Assembly (NCBI GenBank): GCA_947479085.1
Contig: CANJYB010000007.1
Span: 72,432-136,431, forward strand
Direction: 5' to 3'
Length of the DNA stretch: 64,000 bases
DNA from: Bacteroidota bacterium
GTDB lineage: Bacteria > Bacteroidota > Bacteroidia > 2-12-FULL-35-15
The notes under the pieces were generated by a model that was not told the DNA's origin, did not search any database, and was given only the letters and a program-made list of their open reading frames with translations. This document shows positions 1 to 9,998 of the stretch, one piece after another (the first letter of the stretch is position 1; each line of letters starts with the position of its first letter). A program made the translations under genes and the position numbers.

Positions 1-1662
1 AGTAGAAAAATCGCCTAACATCAACGCTCCTTGATGCAAATTAGAAGAAACGTTAGAACCAATAGCAGTTGAATTTACTCCGCTAGCAGTGGTAGTGTAT
101 CCCATAGCCGTTGAATAATTTCCTGATGCAGTAGTAGTATAACCTACCGCAGTGGAATAACTACCGCTTGCAAGGTTAGAACCTCCCATAGCAGTAGAAG
201 AAAGTCCGCTGGCAACGCAGTTACTTCCCATGGCAGTGGAATTGATTCCGCTAGCTACTGTATTTGCTCCCATAGCGGTTGCGCTGTTCTGGGTTGCAGA
301 GGTAGTATTTCCCAAAGCAGTTGAATAATCTCCATTGGCAGTGGTACCAAAACCCAATGCAAATGAACTGATTCCTCCGGAAGTATTGGAAGTTCCGATA
401 GCTACAGAACCAACTCCTGTGGCATTGGATAAATTACCCAAGGCAATGGTATTGGTACCACTTGCTTTAGTGGTGTTGCCCATTGCCACCGAGTAATTGC
501 CAATGTTTGCATCATCCCATTGCGTTCCTCCAACAAAACCACTTCTGAACGCAGCCTTTTTAGGATAAAAAATCATCCTGGTTCCGGAACCATTTGTTAA
601 CAGATTGTTTCCGGATAAAAAAGTTCCTTTTGCAATAATACCTCCGTCCACATCAACAGATAATTTGAACTCAGGTAATACAGTTCCTATTCCAATGTTA
701 GTTGCATTGTTATATAAATTGCTGGTTGCAGTCCAGGCTGAACCGTTATAATAAAGTGTTTGTCCGGTTATTCCTCCTGCAATAACAGTTCCTGCAGTTC
801 CGGTAGCTCCGGTAGCACCATTTGTTCCATTTGTTCCGTTAGTTCCGTTACCACCGGTAGCGCCCGTAGCTCCATTGTTTCCATTGGCTCCGTTAAGACC
901 ATTTGAACCTGCTAAGCCGGTAGCACCTGTAGCACCTGTAGCGCCATTTATTCCATCATTACCATCAGTCCCTGCTATTCCAGCAGAACCAGTGGCACCG
1001 GTAGCACCTATTGCCCCATTTGTTCCATTTAATCCATTACTTCCGTTTACTCCATTGGTTCCTGAAGCGCCTGTTGCGCCTGTAGCACCTGTTGCTCCAT
1101 CTGTACCGTTTGTTCCGTTCACCCCATTCACCCCATTATTTCCGGCAACACCTGTTGCTCCTGTTGCCCCGGTTGCACCATCATTTCCATTTATTCCATT
1201 TGTCCCATTTGCACCGTTAGCTCCTGTCGCTCCGGTTGCACCTGCAGCACCTGCTGTCCCACTTGATTGTGCATATAATGCATAAGGCACACTCATTAGT
1301 TGTTGGGTACCCATTAAAGCATAACTTGTCCCACCGGTAACATCCATAGAAACTTCAATATAATAAGGTCCATTTGCCCAATTGATGGTATTGAAAGTTC
1401 CTGATTGAACAGTTCCTGTTCCAACTACCACATTTACCAATCCGATATTGTTGGAAGTAACATTAAATGTTTCCATATAAACACTGGTTCCACCCGCGCT
1501 TCCCTGCAAGATATTTATTTGCAAGCCAATATTCTGGCTGGTAATAGCTACCCCTAAGGAAGTTCTGGCTACAGCCTGGTAATTGAAACCCTGGGGTGCC
1601 TGTGCTTGTATTGATTGAGATAAAAGAAGGCAAAGGAAAAGAAGGAAAGTAATTTTTTTCAT
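1..1662 (-). CDS. collagen-like triple-helix repeat surface protein with N-terminal signal peptide; 3' end lies outside the window
   Basis: Minus-strand ATG at 1660-1662 gives MKKITFLLFLCLLLSQSIQAQ... The reverse complement of the ggtgctaca-type triplets reads Gly-Ala/Asn-Thr collagen G-X-Y repeats (about 65 triplets). Further downstream are Ser/Ala/Gly-rich NSTA(M/I)G-type repeats resembling Hep_Hag/YadA-head or tail-fibre repeats. The plus-strand ORF 875..1285 (PVAPVAP) is the antisense image of these repeats. Confidence 0.7.
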   Translation of the reverse strand, partial: MKKITFLLFLCLLLSQSIQAQAPQGFNYQAVARTSLGVAITSQNIGLQINILQGSAGGTSVYMETFNVTSNNIGLVNVVVGTGTVQSGTFNTINWANGPYYIEVSMDVTGGTSYALMGTQQLMSVPYALYAQSSGTAGAAGATGATGANGANGTNGINGNDGATGATGATGVAGNNGVNGVNGTNGTDGATGATGATGASGTNGVNGSNGLNGTNGAIGATGATGSAGIAGTDGNDGINGATGATGATGLAGSNGLNGANGNNGATGATGGNGTNGTNGTNGATGATGTAGTVIAGGITGQTLYYNGSAWTATSNLYNNATNIGIGTVLPEFKLSVDVDGGIIAKGTFLSGNNLLTNGSGTRMIFYPKKAAFRSGFVGGTQWDDANIGNYSVAMGNTTKASGTNTIALGNLSNATGVGSVAIGTSNTSGGISSFALGFGTTANGDYSTALGNTTSATQNSATAMGANTVASGINSTAMGSNCVASGLSSTAMGGSNLASGSYSTAVGYTTTASGNYSTAMGYTTTASGVNSTAIGSNVSSNLHQGALMLGDFST

Positions 1663-1834
1663 ATTAGTTATTTTATTTGGTTTAATAATAGGTTGCTAAA
1701 TTAAATGAATTAATCAAATGAATTAATTGTTTTACTAAAAAGTTTTCAAATTCATTTTTATACAATCTTCCTTAATAATATTACTACATTTGAAAACTTA
1801 TTTGTTCAATAATTGAAATGAAAAATCGAAAAGT

Positions 1835-3610
1835 ATGAAGTATAATTATTCTCCGTTTTATTCCCTTGTAAAAGCAAACTGCAAATTAGTTTTGATAGCC
1901 TTTTTTTTCCTTTTTATTAATTCCATAAAAACAGCTAATGCCCAGGGAATCTGGACTCCGCTTGCCAATCTTGCTCCGGACAGTTGTGGCGGAGTGATGA
2001 TACTTTTGTCGGATGGAAGTGTAATTGCAAAAGGATATACAGGAGGCAATGATAGTATTGGAGCTATCTGGAGTAAACTTACTCCGGATATTCATGGAAG
2101 TTATGTAAATGGCACCTGGTCATCCATTGCACCCATGCACGATACCCGTCTTTATTTTTCCTCGCAGGTATTAAAAGATGGTCGGGTATACGTGGCAGGC
2201 GGAGAGTATGGTACAGGTGGTTCAAAAGCTGAAGTATATAATCCACTTACCGATGTATGGACAATGGCACCTAACCAGGGAGTTGGTTATAGTGATGCAA
2301 ATTCGGAAATTTTACCTGATGGCAGGGTATTACAGGCTATAGTTGGAGCAGGTTCTCACACTACTACAATTTATAACCCGGTTACCAATTCCTGGATGCC
2401 ATCTCCCACCGCATTGGGTTCTCACAATGAATCAGCATGGGTTACACTTGCCGACCAAAGTATTTTATTTGTGAATGTAGGAAGCACCAATTCTGAGCGA
2501 TACATTCCCTCTTTAAATCAATGGATAGTGGATGCCCAGGTTCCGGTTAACCTTTATGATCCATTTGGTTCGGAATGTGGAGCAGGTTTATTGTTACCTG
2601 ATGGGCGTGCTTTCTTTTTAGGAGGAACAAATCAAACAGCCTATTACACACCTTCAGGAACAACGGCAATGGGAACCTGGACAGCAGGACCAAACATTCC
2701 AAATAACAGAGGGGTTCCGGATGCGGCAGCAGCAATGATGGTGAATGGGAAAATTCTTTGTGCTGTTTCTCATGCTCCTTATTCCTCATCTCATATTTTT
2801 GATCCGCCTACCTGGTATTATGAATTTGATTATTTAACCAATTCGTTTAATCCTGTTCTTGCTCCTAATGGATCAGACACTACAAGTTTACCTTGCTATT
2901 ATTCCAATATGCTTCAACTTCCCGATGGGAATATTTTATATGCAGATCAGGAGGCCCGTCAGTATTATGTTTATACTCCTGCCGGAAATTCCCTGGCAGC
3001 AGGAAAGCCATCCATTGATAGTGTTTGGACAGATGTAAACTGCAATTATACTATCACCGGAATTAATTTTAACGGAATCTCGGCAGGGGCTTCTTATGGC
3101 GATGACTGGCAAATGTCGACCAACTATCCTTTGGTAAGATTAACCAACGGAACGAATGTGTACTACGCACGAACCTTTAACTGGAACAGAACAGATGTTC
3201 AAACGGGAACATTGCCAGATACTGCTCAGTTCACTCTTCCTGCTGGCTTGCCATTTGCAACTTATTCTTTACAGGTTGTTGTAAATGGAATAGCATCTGA
3301 CCCTATGTCTTTTATTCCTTGTTTGGATTTGGGAGTTCATAATACTATAAATACCAATTCAACAATCGTTGGTGTATATCCAAATCCTGCATCTTCTGAA
3401 TTAACTGTTTCCATTTCTCTTGAATCAAAAGCCGATATAAATATTCAAATTCAGGATGTTTTGGGGCAGGTTTTAAAAAATGAAAACCTGGGAAGTATTT
3501 CTACAGTAACAAGTAAAGTAATCGACATAACTAATTTACCTAAAGGGATTTATTTTGTTAAAACCTCAATTGATAATAAGGTAATAATTAATAAATTTAT
3601 AAAAGACTAA
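1835..3610 (+). CDS. Kelch/galactose-oxidase-like beta-propeller protein with T9SS type-A C-terminal sorting domain
   Basis: 591 aa with a signal peptide and repeated GG...DG...Y...GG Kelch-like blades. The C-terminus (VYPNPASSELTVSIS...GIYFVKTSIDNKVIINKF) is typical of Por/T9SS CTDs. Confidence 0.75.
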   Translation: MKYNYSPFYSLVKANCKLVLIAFFFLFINSIKTANAQGIWTPLANLAPDSCGGVMILLSDGSVIAKGYTGGNDSIGAIWSKLTPDIHGSYVNGTWSSIAPMHDTRLYFSSQVLKDGRVYVAGGEYGTGGSKAEVYNPLTDVWTMAPNQGVGYSDANSEILPDGRVLQAIVGAGSHTTTIYNPVTNSWMPSPTALGSHNESAWVTLADQSILFVNVGSTNSERYIPSLNQWIVDAQVPVNLYDPFGSECGAGLLLPDGRAFFLGGTNQTAYYTPSGTTAMGTWTAGPNIPNNRGVPDAAAAMMVNGKILCAVSHAPYSSSHIFDPPTWYYEFDYLTNSFNPVLAPNGSDTTSLPCYYSNMLQLPDGNILYADQEARQYYVYTPAGNSLAAGKPSIDSVWTDVNCNYTITGINFNGISAGASYGDDWQMSTNYPLVRLTNGTNVYYARTFNWNRTDVQTGTLPDTAQFTLPAGLPFATYSLQVVVNGIASDPMSFIPCLDLGVHNTINTNSTIVGVYPNPASSELTVSISLESKADINIQIQDVLGQVLKNENLGSISTVTSKVIDITNLPKGIYFVKTSIDNKVIINKFIKD

Positions 3611-3627
3611 AACCCGAGGAAAGCAGA

Positions 3628-3850
3628 AATAGGCCGGTCGTTTCGGCCAATAGGCCGGAACTTGATTCAAATAGGCCGGAACCTTTCCAAAATAGGCCGG
3701 AACTTGAACCAAATAGGCCGGAACTTGATTCAAATAGGCCGGAGTTTCTCCCAAATAGGCCGGAACCTTTCCAAAATAGGCCGGAACTTCTCCAAAACAG
3801 GTCGGAAGCTCTCTCGAATAGGCCGGTCGTTTCGGCCAATAGGCCGGAGC
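3628..3850. repeat. tandem repeat array, about 22 bp period, core AATAGGCCGGAAC plus about 9 variable nt, roughly 10 copies; both ends carry the motif ATAGGCCGGTCGTTTCGGCCAATAGGCCGGA
   Basis: Seen directly in the sequence. It fills the whole spacer between the convergent stop codons at 3610 and 3879. The ORF-track entries 3566..3754, 3597..3839 and 3662..3868 are translations of the repeat. Confidence 0.85.
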
Positions 3851-3878
3851 ATGTTTGGTGAGGAATGATTTTTTTCCT

Positions 3879-5015
3879 CTACTCTTTTTTCAAAGTAATT
3901 CTTAGCCATACATACCCAATTATTCCTGAAAGGAGGGAAGCAATAAGAATGGCTATTTTCGATTGGGAAATTTGGTCCGGTTGCTGAAAAGCAAGGAGAG
4001 TAATAAAGATGGACATGGTGAAACCGATTCCGCCCAACAATGAAATTCCAAAAATATGTTTCCAGTTTAGCTCTTCCGGCAATGCACATAAGCCTGTGGC
4101 AACTGCAATGAAACTGAAAACAAAAATTCCTAATGGTTTACCTATCATAAGTCCTGCAAAAATACCAATGCTGTTTTGACTGCTTAATCCATTTATCCAG
4201 TCAGGGCTTATAATCAGGCAGGTATTGGCAAGGGCAAACAAAGGAAGAATAAAAAAGGCGACCGGCTTATGCAACCAATGCTGAAGAATAAAGGAGGGTG
4301 ATTTTTCTCCACCATCACCAAAAGGAATGGTGAATGCTACCAACACACCCGTAATGGTAGGGTGGATGCCTGATTTCATCATAAAAAACCACATAACCAT
4401 TCCACCTATTATGTAGGGAATAAGATTATTTACTTTTAAACGATTCAAGATGAAAAGGCAAGCCCAAATAGCCAATGCAATGAAGAGATGCAGAAAGGAA
4501 AGATTGGCAGAATAGAACAATGCAATTACCAGTATAGCGCCTAAATCATCAATAACGGCAAGTGCGGTAAGCATTATTTTTAAAGATGGAGGAACTCTGC
4601 TTCCTAACAATGATAATATACCGATGGCAAAAGCAATATCCGTTGCCATTGGAATGCCTGCCCCGGCTTGGGTAGGAGTTCCATAATTAAAAACTAAATA
4701 AAGTAATGCAGGAACCACCATTCCGCCTACGGCTGCTATTATTGGCAGGGAAGCGTTTTTTAGGTTGCTAAGTTCACCGTTATAAATTTCTCTTTCCAGT
4801 TCTAGACCTATCATCAGGAAAAAGATAGTCATCAGCCCATCATTTATCCAGTATTCAATGGTTTTTCCTCCGGCATTCATTTCCCAAAAATGAAGATAAC
4901 CATTCTGAAGTGCTGAATTGGCTAACAACAACGAAATGATGGTGCAGAGTATTAATAATACACCACCTGATTTTTCGGATTCAAAAAATTCATCATATAA
5001 CCGGCTCAACTTCAT
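3879..5015 (-). CDS. nhaA: Na+/H+ antiporter NhaA
   Basis: 378 aa polytopic membrane protein whose length and sequence (…GIPMATDIAFAIGILSLLG…, …AVIDDLGAI…) match the NhaA family. Confidence 0.88.
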   Translation of the reverse strand: MKLSRLYDEFFESEKSGGVLLILCTIISLLLANSALQNGYLHFWEMNAGGKTIEYWINDGLMTIFFLMIGLELEREIYNGELSNLKNASLPIIAAVGGMVVPALLYLVFNYGTPTQAGAGIPMATDIAFAIGILSLLGSRVPPSLKIMLTALAVIDDLGAILVIALFYSANLSFLHLFIALAIWACLFILNRLKVNNLIPYIIGGMVMWFFMMKSGIHPTITGVLVAFTIPFGDGGEKSPSFILQHWLHKPVAFFILPLFALANTCLIISPDWINGLSSQNSIGIFAGLMIGKPLGIFVFSFIAVATGLCALPEELNWKHIFGISLLGGIGFTMSIFITLLAFQQPDQISQSKIAILIASLLSGIIGYVWLRITLKKE

Positions 5016-5119
5016 TTTGACAAATGTAGTATGATTAAACTTAAAAATTTATTTCCGAATGAATTACTTTATCCTGCCTTTTATTTTCACTCAACTATTT
5101 TTTATATAAGAGTTATTGT

Positions 5120-5127
5120 TAAATTTG
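5120..5127 (+). promoter_or_regulatory. candidate Bacteroidota sigma-A -7 element (TAAATTTG, consensus TAnnTTTG) upstream of etfB
   Basis: Motif lies 33 nt upstream of the ATG at 5160. This is a motif match only. Confidence 0.25.
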
Positions 5128-5159
5128 CGCTTCGTTAAAAAAAATATAAAATAAGTGTT

Positions 5160-5900
5160 ATGAAAATATTAGTTTGTATAAGCAATGTGCCCGATACTAC
5201 TACAAAAATCAGTTTTACAAATGACAATACTACCTTTAATACAGCAGGAGTTCAGTTTGTAATTAATCCGTTTGATGAGTGGTATGCGTTAGTTCGAGCA
5301 TTGGAATTGAAAGAGGCACAGGGGGGAAATGTTACCATTCTTCACGTTGGTGGCGCAGAAAGTGAAGCTACCATTCGTAAAGGGTTGGCAATAGGAGCTG
5401 ATGATGCAGTTAGAATAGATGGAGAACCGAATGATGCTTTTGCGGTGGCAGAACAAATTGCTGCTTATGCCAAGGATAAGGGCTTTGACCTGATAATGGC
5501 AGGAAAGGAAACCATTAACTATAACGGTTCAATGGTGGGCGCTATGGTAGCGGAATTAATGGGTTTACCATTTGTTTCTTTGGCAACCAAATTAGATGTC
5601 GCAAGTGGGGTAGCCACTGTGGAACATGATATAGATGGAGGAACCGAGGTAATAGAATGTGTTTTACCGTTGGTTATTTCAGCAAATAAAGGTATGGCAG
5701 AAGCCCGCATTCCTAACATGAGAGGAATTATGGCTGCCCGTACAAAGCCGCTTGCACAGGTGGCTGCTGCCAATGCTGATAAATTAACTTCGATTACTTC
5801 TTACGAATTAGCTAAAGGAAGAACAGAATGTAAATACATTGATGCAAGTACACCTGAAAAGTTAATAGAACTATTACATACAGAGGCGAAAGCTATTTAA
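5160..5900 (+). CDS. etfB: electron transfer flavoprotein beta subunit
   Basis: 246 aa; MKILVCISNVPDTT... N-terminus and overall similarity to EtfB; followed immediately by etfA. Confidence 0.9.
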   Translation: MKILVCISNVPDTTTKISFTNDNTTFNTAGVQFVINPFDEWYALVRALELKEAQGGNVTILHVGGAESEATIRKGLAIGADDAVRIDGEPNDAFAVAEQIAAYAKDKGFDLIMAGKETINYNGSMVGAMVAELMGLPFVSLATKLDVASGVATVEHDIDGGTEVIECVLPLVISANKGMAEARIPNMRGIMAARTKPLAQVAAANADKLTSITSYELAKGRTECKYIDASTPEKLIELLHTEAKAI

Positions 5901-5911
5901 TTTAATGTAAT

Positions 5912-5944
5912 ACCCCTGTCAGGGTTCTAAACCCTGACAGGGGT
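5912..5944. repeat. 33 bp GC-rich palindromic element ACCCCTGTCAGGGTT-ctaa-AACCCTGACAGGGGT, copy 1
   Basis: Perfect 14 bp inverted arms, 12 nt after the etfB stop. A near-identical copy lies at 9944..9977. Confidence 0.6.
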
Positions 5945-5993
5945 AAAAGCATAAAACAATTTAACAATACAACAATTTAACAAAAGAAAATTT

Positions 5994-6962
5994 ATGTCAG
6001 TTTTAATATATACAGAAATTTCAAAAGGAAAAGTAAAGAAAGCATCGCTGGAGGCCGTAAATTATGGTAGCAGAATAGCAACACAACTTAATACAACGGC
6101 TACTGCAGTTATTGTTGGCGATGCTGATTTTGGTGATTTGGGAAAAGCAGGTGCAAAAAAAGTATTAAAATTTAAAAATGATAAGCTAAGCAGCCTTGAT
6201 GGTCAATATTTGACTGCCGCTATTGAACAAGCCGCTAAAGCCGAAGGCGCGACAATTATTATATTTTCTCATGATTTTACCGGTAAGGAAGTTGCTCCAC
6301 GTTTGGCAGCAAGACTGAAAGCCGGAATTGTTGCAGGTGCTGTTGGTAATCCCGTTATTGACGGAAATTCTTTTTCTGTTAAGAAAAATGTTTTTTCTGG
6401 AAAAGCCATTGCAACTTATACTATCCATTCTGAAACAAAAATAATTTCACTTTTACCAAATTCATTTCCTGTTGAATTAGCAGGAACAGACCCAGAAGTA
6501 GTTGATTTTGCAGTTAACCTAGATGGAGTAAATTCCCCTGTTAAAATAAAGGAAGTTAAAAAAGACACTTCCGAACTGAATCTGACAGATGCTGAATTAG
6601 TAGTGTCTGCAGGAAGAGGAATGAAAGGGCCAGAGAACTGGGGAATGATTGAAGAACTGGCAAAAGAACTTGGTGCCGCTACTGCCTGCTCGCGACCTGT
6701 TGCTGATATGCACTGGCGTCCGCATCACGAACACGTGGGGCAAACGGGTATTGCTATTCGTCCTAACTTATATATTGCAATTGGTATTTCCGGAGCAATA
6801 CAGCACCTTGCAGGAGTAAACGGAAGTAAAACAATTGTGGTTATCAACTCCGATAAAGAAGCGCCTTTTTTCAAATCGGCCGATTATGGTATTGTTGGAG
6901 ATGCTTTTGAAATAGTTCCAAAATTAATTGAAGCGGTAAAGAAGTTTAAAGCAAATCAATAA
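5994..6962 (+). CDS. etfA: electron transfer flavoprotein alpha subunit
   Basis: 322 aa with the C-terminal FAD-binding region of EtfA (…IAIGISGAIQHLAG…). Confidence 0.9.
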   Translation: MSVLIYTEISKGKVKKASLEAVNYGSRIATQLNTTATAVIVGDADFGDLGKAGAKKVLKFKNDKLSSLDGQYLTAAIEQAAKAEGATIIIFSHDFTGKEVAPRLAARLKAGIVAGAVGNPVIDGNSFSVKKNVFSGKAIATYTIHSETKIISLLPNSFPVELAGTDPEVVDFAVNLDGVNSPVKIKEVKKDTSELNLTDAELVVSAGRGMKGPENWGMIEELAKELGAATACSRPVADMHWRPHHEHVGQTGIAIRPNLYIAIGISGAIQHLAGVNGSKTIVVINSDKEAPFFKSADYGIVGDAFEIVPKLIEAVKKFKANQ

Positions 6963-7004
6963 GATAGTATTTCTGATAAGGGATTTTGGATTAAAAGGAA
7001 AGAA

Positions 7005-7598
7005 GTGAAAAAGATAAAACTTGAAATAGTAAATTTAACGTATAGCCAGGCACAGACAGGCGCGTATGTGCTTGTACTCGGAGAAACCAAAGGTGCTAAA
7101 CGCAGGTTGCCTATTGTTATTGGCGGTTTTGAAGCTCAGGCTATTGCTATTGAGTTGGAAAAAATGACCCCAAGTCGCCCGCTTACCCATGATTTATTTA
7201 AAAGTTTTGCAGAAGGATTCAACATCACAGTTAGCGAGGTAATTATTTATAACCTAGTGGAGGGTATATTTTATGCAAAAATAATATGCAGCAATGACGG
7301 CAAAGAAGTCGAAATTGATGCACGCACTTCTGATGCCATTGCATTGGCTGTTCGTTTTGGCTGCCCTGTTACCACTTACGAATCTATTTTGGCAAAAGCC
7401 GGAATTCTTTTGGATGACGATGCAGTTCCCGGGGAAAATATTGTTAAGATAGAAGAATCAGTTGAAGCAGATGAAAATGATTTTATGAAAAAATCAACAG
7501 AAGAACTTACAATGCTACTCGAAAAAGCGTTAAGTGACGAAGACTACGAACGTGCTTCAAAAATAAGGGATGAATTAAATAATCGAAAAAAATCATAA
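7005..7598 (+). CDS. bifunctional nuclease family protein (DUF151/BFN domain with C-terminal UVR motif)
   Basis: 197 aa; …LTHDLFKSFAEGFNI…, and the C-terminal DEDYERASKIRDEL is UvrB/C-like. Confidence 0.7.
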   Translation: MKKIKLEIVNLTYSQAQTGAYVLVLGETKGAKRRLPIVIGGFEAQAIAIELEKMTPSRPLTHDLFKSFAEGFNITVSEVIIYNLVEGIFYAKIICSNDGKEVEIDARTSDAIALAVRFGCPVTTYESILAKAGILLDDDAVPGENIVKIEESVEADENDFMKKSTEELTMLLEKALSDEDYERASKIRDELNNRKKS

Positions 7599-7682
7599 TA
7601 GAAATTCTATCACCCATTCAGGATTGAATTTTTTAATTACACTTTCTTAAAGATAAGCTAATCTGTAACTTAAAAGAAACCT

Positions 7683-8936
7683 ATGAACATTAAGATTCGC
7701 CTCATAATAATGAGTTTCCTGCAGTTTTTTGTTTGGGGAGCATGGTTAATTACAGTTGGAAATTATTGGTTTGCCACCAAACAATGGAGCGGTGCTGAAT
7801 TTGGTGCTATCTTTTCAACCCTTGGACTTTCTTCCATAATTATGCCGGCCCTTACAGGCATAATAGCAGACAAATGGATAAATGCCGAGAAACTTTATGG
7901 TATCCTGCACATACTTGGAGGCTTGTTTCTTTTTTATATTCCTCACGTTGATAATCCATCTTCCTTTTTCTGGGTAATCTTTATGGCAATGCTTTGTTAT
8001 ATGCCAACCATTTCATTGTCCAATTCCATTGCTTATTCTATTTTAAAAAGTAACAATTTTGATGTGATAAAAGTATTTCCACCTATTCGTGTTTGGGGAA
8101 CTATTGGATTTATTGCAGCCATGTGGCTTACCAATCTTACTGGTAATAAAGCATCGGCTAATATGTTTTACATCTCAGCGGTTTCGGCAATTGCGTTGGG
8201 AATTTATTCCTTTTCATTACCAAAGTGTCCACCGCAAAAGCTCATCTCTGAAAATTCAACCTTATTTCAAAAAATGGGTTTAGATGCTTTTAAACTATTT
8301 GGTACCTATAAAATTGCATTGTTTTTTATATTCTCCATGTTTCTGGGAGCAGCCTTGCAATTAACCAACATGTACGGGGACACCTTTCTTTCAGATTTTT
8401 CAAAGATTCCCGAATACGAAAACTCATTTGTGGTTAAATATTCTACCATAATAATGTCCATTTCTCAAATTTCTGAAACACTTTTTATTTTGGCAATTCC
8501 TTTTTTTCTAAAACGTTTTGGAATAAAACAAGTGATGTTATTTTCTATGTTTGCCTGGGTACTTCGTTTCGGATTATTTGCTTTTGGCGACCCCTCAGCA
8601 GGTTTATGGATGTTGATTATGTCGTGTATGGTTTATGGAATGGCATTCGATTTCTTTAATATTTCCGGCTCTTTATTTATTGAAACTTCCACGGATTCTA
8701 AAATCCGTTCGAGTGCACAAGGGTTATTTATGATGATGACAAACGGTTTCGGAGCTATTTTGGGAAGTGCGGTTAGTGGTTTTGCAATTGATAAATATTT
8801 TACGGTTAATGGCTCTAAGAACTGGCAGATGATATGGATTTCCTTTACGGTGTATGCCTTGCTACTTGCGATTGCATTTGCAATTTTTTTCAAGCACAAA
8901 CACGAGCCGGAAAAAACACCGGCAATTAATCATTAG
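7683..8936 (+). CDS. nucleoside:H+ symporter / MFS nucleoside permease (NupG-like)
   Basis: 417 aa, about 12 TM segments, similar to NupG/XapB-type nucleoside transporters. It sits next to thyA/folA (nucleotide metabolism). Confidence 0.7.
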   Translation: MNIKIRLIIMSFLQFFVWGAWLITVGNYWFATKQWSGAEFGAIFSTLGLSSIIMPALTGIIADKWINAEKLYGILHILGGLFLFYIPHVDNPSSFFWVIFMAMLCYMPTISLSNSIAYSILKSNNFDVIKVFPPIRVWGTIGFIAAMWLTNLTGNKASANMFYISAVSAIALGIYSFSLPKCPPQKLISENSTLFQKMGLDAFKLFGTYKIALFFIFSMFLGAALQLTNMYGDTFLSDFSKIPEYENSFVVKYSTIIMSISQISETLFILAIPFFLKRFGIKQVMLFSMFAWVLRFGLFAFGDPSAGLWMLIMSCMVYGMAFDFFNISGSLFIETSTDSKIRSSAQGLFMMMTNGFGAILGSAVSGFAIDKYFTVNGSKNWQMIWISFTVYALLLAIAFAIFFKHKHEPEKTPAINH

Positions 8937-9094
8937 CCCGTTTAAAATTACAGAATTAAGATTTTTCACATTCTTCATTAGCTGTTAATATTAATATTAA
9001 AACTATCTCCTTTCCTTTTGCTTTTCCTCTTTACCTTTGAATCCAATATTTAATAAATTATCATTCGTAAATTCGTAATCATTAGCTATCTACA

Positions 9095-9889
9095 ATGAAA
9101 CAATATCATGATTTAATGCGCCATGTTTTAGAAAAAGGTGCAACCAAAACAGACCGAACAGGAACAGGAACCAAAAGTGTATTCGGATACCAGATGCGTT
9201 TTGATTTGCAGGAAGGATTTCCGATGCTTACCACCAAGAAACTTCACCTGAAATCTATTCTTCATGAATTGCTTTGGTTTTTAAAAGGGGATACGAATAT
9301 CAACTACTTAAAGGAAAATGGAGTAAGGATATGGGACGAATGGGCCGATGAAAATGGAAATCTCGGGCCCGTGTATGGCTCTCAATGGAGAAGCTGGCAG
9401 GGAGCTGACGGAAGAACTTTTGATCAGATAACCCAGGTTATTCACCAAATAAAAACTACACCCGACAGCAGAAGAATGATAGTGAGCGCTTGGAACGTAG
9501 GTGAAATTGACAAAATGAAATTACCTCCCTGTCATGCATTCTTCCAGTTTTATGTGGCGGATGGAAAATTAAGTTGCCAGTTGTACCAGCGAAGTGCGGA
9601 TATATTTTTGGGCGTTCCTTTTAACATTGCTTCCTATGCTATCCTTACCTTAATGATTGCGCAGGTTTGTAATCTAAAGCCTGGTGAATTTATTCATACG
9701 CTTGGGGATGCCCATTTATATTCCAATCATATAGAACAAGCCAATCTTCAACTCACCCGTGAGTTTCGTAAGCTCCCGACTTTGAAAATAAACCCGGAAG
9801 TGAAAGATATTTTTGGATTTAAATTTGAAGATTTTGCGTTGGAAGGGTATGACCCTCATCCTCATATCAAGGCCGATGTTGCTGTTTAG
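9095..9889 (+). CDS. thyA: thymidylate synthase
   Basis: 264 aa; [26 protein letters not shown]…; the catalytic region …[11 protein letters not shown]… is canonical ThyA. Confidence 0.95.
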   Translation: MKQYHDLMRHVLEKGATKTDRTGTGTKSVFGYQMRFDLQEGFPMLTTKKLHLKSILHELLWFLKGDTNINYLKENGVRIWDEWADENGNLGPVYGSQWRSWQGADGRTFDQITQVIHQIKTTPDSRRMIVSAWNVGEIDKMKLPPCHAFFQFYVADGKLSCQLYQRSADIFLGVPFNIASYAILTLMIAQVCNLKPGEFIHTLGDAHLYSNHIEQANLQLTREFRKLPTLKINPEVKDIFGFKFEDFALEGYDPHPHIKADVAV

Positions 9890-9943
9890 CCTATTTGTAG
9901 TTAGAGTTTTAGTTTAGTGAATTACCAATAATTCGAAAGTAAT

Positions 9944-9977
9944 ACCCCTGTCAGGGTTTAAAACCCTGACAGGGGTG
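9944..9977. repeat. 33-34 bp GC-rich palindromic element ACCCCTGTCAGGGTT-taaa-AACCCTGACAGGGGTG, copy 2
   Basis: Same arms as the element at 5912..5944. It lies between thyA and folA. Confidence 0.6.
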
Positions 9978-9998
9978 ATACCAATAAAAAAATAATTA

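Noticed and set aside
875-1285. Plus-strand 136 aa ORF rich in PVAPVAP
   Set aside because: Antisense reading of the minus-strand collagen-like G-X-T repeat gene. The minus-strand gene has a proper start, signal peptide and continuous frame.
3566-3868. Three ORF-track entries (62, 80 and 68 aa) with internally repetitive peptides such as IGRNLSKIGRNL
   Set aside because: They are six-frame translations of the 22 bp tandem DNA repeat. They have no start context, no conservation logic, and overlap each other on both strands.
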